Below, in pieces: positions 61,124-64,000 of a stretch of DNA of 64,000 bases. Within the stretch, counting starts at the first letter, position 1. Each line of letters opens with the position of its first letter. The position numbers and the translations under genes were made by a program. The stretch is from an uncultured bacterium. Its GTDB lineage: Bacteria; Chloroflexota; UBA5177; JANWHV01. The stretch is from the NCBI GenBank assembly GCA_963827235.1, contig CAWHAE010000016.1, positions 608,001 through 672,000 of the forward strand, given 5' to 3'. Under the pieces are notes generated by a model, which did not search any database, had not been told where the DNA came from, and saw only the letters and a program-made list of their open reading frames with translations.

Positions 61124-63118
61124 ATGATCAGGCTAGTGAATGAAGAGCCTCGTGTCGGCGTATACGTCTGCCACTGCGGGCTGAACATTGCCGCCAAGGT
61201 GGACGTGGAGGCTGTTGCGAAGTTCGCGGAATCCCTTCCCCATGTGGTCATCGCGCGTACCAACAAGTTCATGTGCTCCGATCCCGGCCAGGAAGTCATC
61301 GAGAAAGACATCAGAGAGCTCAAGCTGACCGGCGTAGTCGTGGCCTCGTGCTCGCCGCTGTTGCACGAGCCTACTTTCCGCCGCGCCTGCACCAAAGCTG
61401 GGCTGAACCCGTTTCAGCTGCAGATGGCCAACATCCGCGAGCACGTAAGCTGGGTCACAGCCGACCGAGAGCTGGCGACGGCGAAGGCGCGCGCGCTGGT
61501 GAGCGGGGCCGTGCGGCGTGTCGCGCGCCACTATCCTTTGGAAAAGCAGCGCATGTCGGTCCATCCCGACATACTGGTCGTAGGCGGCGGCATTGCCGGC
61601 ATTCATGCCGCCCTGCTTCTGGCGAACTCGGGGAAGCAGGTCTACCTGGTAGAGCGCGAGCCCACGATCGGCGGCCACATGGCGCAGTTTGACAAGACTT
61701 TCCCCACACTCGACTGCGCCGCCTGTATCCTCACGCCGAAGATGTCCGAGGTGAAGAACCACCCGAACATCAAGCTCTGGACCTACTCCGAGGTGGAAGA
61801 AGTATCCGGGTTTGCCGGCAACTTCAAGGTGAAGGTCCTGCGCAAGCCCCGCTACGTCAAGGAAGACCTCTGCGTCGGCTGCAACGAGTGCGTCACGGCC
61901 TGTGTGTACAAACGCGGTCGTACCGACGACGAGTTCAACGTCGGTCTTTCCAAGCGGAAGCCCGTCTACTCGCCGTTCGCACAGGCCGTGCCGAACTGCG
62001 TAGTGATCGACCCTGAAAGCTGCCTGAAGCTCAAGAACGGCAAGTGCGCAACGACCTGTGTGCCCGTGTGCGAGCGCGGCGCCATCGATTTCGATCAAAA
62101 GCCGGAGCACATCGAGATTGACGTAGGCGCGATTATCCTGGCCACGGGCTACAAGATCTTCGACGCCAACAGGGTGCTGGAGTACGGTTACGGCAAGTAC
62201 CCGAACGTCTATACGACCCTCGAGGTCGAGCGTCTGGTCAATGCCTCCGGCCCCACAGGCGGTGAGATAGTTCTACGCGACGGCAGAACGCCGAAGAGTG
62301 CTGCCATCATCCACTGCGTCGGCTCTCGGGACCGGCGCTACCACCTCTACTGCTCCAACGTGTGCTGCATGTCGGCCCTGAAGATGGCACACCTCGTCAA
62401 GGAACGCACGGGATCGGAGGTGTTCAACTTCTACGTGGACATGCGCACCGCCTTCAAGGGCTACGAGGAGTTCTACGACCAGGTACAAACGGAAGGCGTC
62501 CAGTTCGTGCGCGGCCGGGTCGCCGAGGTGACCGACTGGGCGACGTCCCCCGGCGAGGAAGGAAAGCTGATTGTCTGCTGCGAAGACACGCTGATCGGTG
62601 TGGCGCGCCGCATCCCCGTGGATATGGTCATCCTTGCCGTGGGCCTGGAGCCGCAAATCGACACCCAGGAAGTGCAGCGCACATTCAACATCTCCTGCTC
62701 CAGGGAGGGCTTCTTCTTGGAGCGGCATCCCAAGCTGGGTCCAGTAACCACCTTCTCCGATGGCATCTTCCTTGCCGGCGCCTGCCAGGGGCCCAAGGAC
62801 ATTCCCGAATCGGTCGCTCAGGCCGGTGCCGCGGCGGCCGAGGCTCTCTGCCTGACCGACAAGGGATACATCGAGCTCGAGCCCAACACAGCCTGGATCG
62901 ACGAAGACTCGTGCAGCGGCTGCCGGACCTGTATTCCCCTTTGTCCGTTCCAGGCCATTGTTCGGGACAACAAGAAAGGCATTGCCGTCGTCAACCAGGC
63001 CTTGTGCAAGGGCTGCGGCACGTGCGTAGCGGCCTGCCCGTCGGGAGCTGCCCAGCAGAACCTCTTTACGGACGAGCAGATCTACGAAGAGATCGAGGGG
63101 GTGCTGGCGTATGTCTGA
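61124..63118 (+). CDS. hdrA: Heterodisulfide reductase subunit A
   Basis: VCHCG, ANIRE, GGGIAG, DKTFPTLDC, CVGSRD, CSNVCC, GACQGPKDI, C-terminal ferredoxins. Confidence 0.96.
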   Translation: MIRLVNEEPRVGVYVCHCGLNIAAKVDVEAVAKFAESLPHVVIARTNKFMCSDPGQEVIEKDIRELKLTGVVVASCSPLLHEPTFRRACTKAGLNPFQLQMANIREHVSWVTADRELATAKARALVSGAVRRVARHYPLEKQRMSVHPDILVVGGGIAGIHAALLLANSGKQVYLVEREPTIGGHMAQFDKTFPTLDCAACILTPKMSEVKNHPNIKLWTYSEVEEVSGFAGNFKVKVLRKPRYVKEDLCVGCNECVTACVYKRGRTDDEFNVGLSKRKPVYSPFAQAVPNCVVIDPESCLKLKNGKCATTCVPVCERGAIDFDQKPEHIEIDVGAIILATGYKIFDANRVLEYGYGKYPNVYTTLEVERLVNASGPTGGEIVLRDGRTPKSAAIIHCVGSRDRRYHLYCSNVCCMSALKMAHLVKERTGSEVFNFYVDMRTAFKGYEEFYDQVQTEGVQFVRGRVAEVTDWATSPGEEGKLIVCCEDTLIGVARRIPVDMVILAVGLEPQIDTQEVQRTFNISCSREGFFLERHPKLGPVTTFSDGIFLAGACQGPKDIPESVAQAGAAAAEALCLTDKGYIELEPNTAWIDEDSCSGCRTCIPLCPFQAIVRDNKKGIAVVNQALCKGCGTCVAACPSGAAQQNLFTDEQIYEEIEGVLAYV

Positions 63119-63623
63119 ACGTATCGACTTGCCTGTGGTGCAAAGCTTCGAGCCGCGCATCATCGCCTTCTTCTGCAACTGGTGCACCTACACGGCCAGC
63201 GACCTGGCCGGCACGTCGCGCCTCACCTACTCTCCGAACACGCGCGTGATTCGCATGATGTGCTGCGGTCGACTGGATCCTGAGTTCGTCTTTGCCGCCC
63301 TGCGGCAGGGTGCGGACGGGGTGTTGGTTGGCGGCTGCCATCCCGGTGACTGCCACTACCGAGAAGGCAACTACAAGTGCCTGCGCCGCTTCAAGCTCAT
63401 CCGCCGTTACCTTGCCCAGATGGGCATTGAAGACGCACGCGTACGTCTGGAATGGATCGCGGCTTCCGAGGGTGACCGCGTCCAGAAGGTCACCAACGAA
63501 ATGGTGGCCCAGATCAAGCAGCTCGGACCTCTGAATCTGCGGACGATGCCCAGGTTGCTGGATGGTGGGCAGCTCCGGGCTTCCGAGCCTGCAGTCGCTC
63601 AAGCTGTAGGAGTCGGCACATGA
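63111..63623 (+). CDS. mvhD: F420-non-reducing hydrogenase Fe-S subunit D
   Basis: FFCNWC.Y...DLAG, MCCGR, GCHPGDCHY..GN. Confidence 0.95.
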   Translation: MSERIDLPVVQSFEPRIIAFFCNWCTYTASDLAGTSRLTYSPNTRVIRMMCCGRLDPEFVFAALRQGADGVLVGGCHPGDCHYREGNYKCLRRFKLIRRYLAQMGIEDARVRLEWIAASEGDRVQKVTNEMVAQIKQLGPLNLRTMPRLLDGGQLRASEPAVAQAVGVGT

Positions 63624-64000
63624 GCAAGCCTAAAGTAGGTTTCTACTGGTGCGCCTCGTGCGGCGGCTGCGAAGAGTCGGTCGTCGACCTTGCCGAGGGC
63701 ATTCTCGACGTCGCCGCGGCCGTCGACTTCGTTTTCTTCCCAGTCGCCATGGATTTCAAGCGCTCCGACGTCGAAGCCATGGCCGACGGCGAGATGGCAG
63801 TCTGCTTCATCAACGGCTCCATACGAAGCTCCGAACAGCAAGAAATGGCACACCTTCTTCGCCAAAAGTCGCAGATCCTGATCGCCTACGGCGCCTGTTC
63901 CTACCAGGGTGGCATCCCCGGCTTGGCAAACCAGTTCGATCGGGAGTCCATTCTGCGATGCGTCTTCCAGGAGTCACCCAGCACCGTGAATGCCGAAGGC
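63620..64000 (+). CDS. mvhG: [NiFe]-hydrogenase small subunit MvhG-like (5' part)
   Basis: Manual translation from ATG 63620: MSKPKVGFYWCASCGGCEES...NGSIR...AYGACSYQGGIPGLAN. Confidence 0.92.
   Translation, partial: MSKPKVGFYWCASCGGCEESVVDLAEGILDVAAAVDFVFFPVAMDFKRSDVEAMADGEMAVCFINGSIRSSEQQEMAHLLRQKSQILIAYGACSYQGGIPGLANQFDRESILRCVFQESPSTVNAEG

Overview
GC-rich bacterial chromosomal window, most likely Chloroflexota (inferred from protein style and gene content, not from a marker gene). The left part (1-28.2 kb) is mostly housekeeping: hisF/A/H, hisS, yggT/yggS, penicillin acylase, polysaccharide deacetylase, Ser/Thr kinase, proB, a CarH-like B12 regulator, a J-domain protein, dnaA without adjacent dnaN, an orphan cheB, a Ham1-like protein, two tandem paralogous hypotheticals, dgt, an M23-SH3 peptidase, dut and fumC. 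The most striking locus is 28.4-34.5 kb. A secreted precursor with seven near-identical 15-aa units (core [N/S]SAGGA[N/S]GGPL) is followed by a small NHLP-leader-like protein that is missing as a separate entry in the ORF track, then an HD-GYP phosphodiesterase. All three are divergent from a 1058-aa MalT-type ATPase-TPR-BTAD regulator. This is a candidate peptide-signalling circuit coupled to c-di-GMP. The right part (35.5-64 kb) looks like a hypoxia/anaerobiosis island: GNAT-acyl-CoA ligase, a cysteine-free SQR-like flavoprotein, a DosR-like regulator with one intact and one His-less GAF kinase, DosR-type palindromes, pgi, hypFCDE and an hdrCBA-mvhDG electron-bifurcating hydrogenase operon running off the end. 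No rRNA, tRNA, CRISPR array or transposase was recognised.
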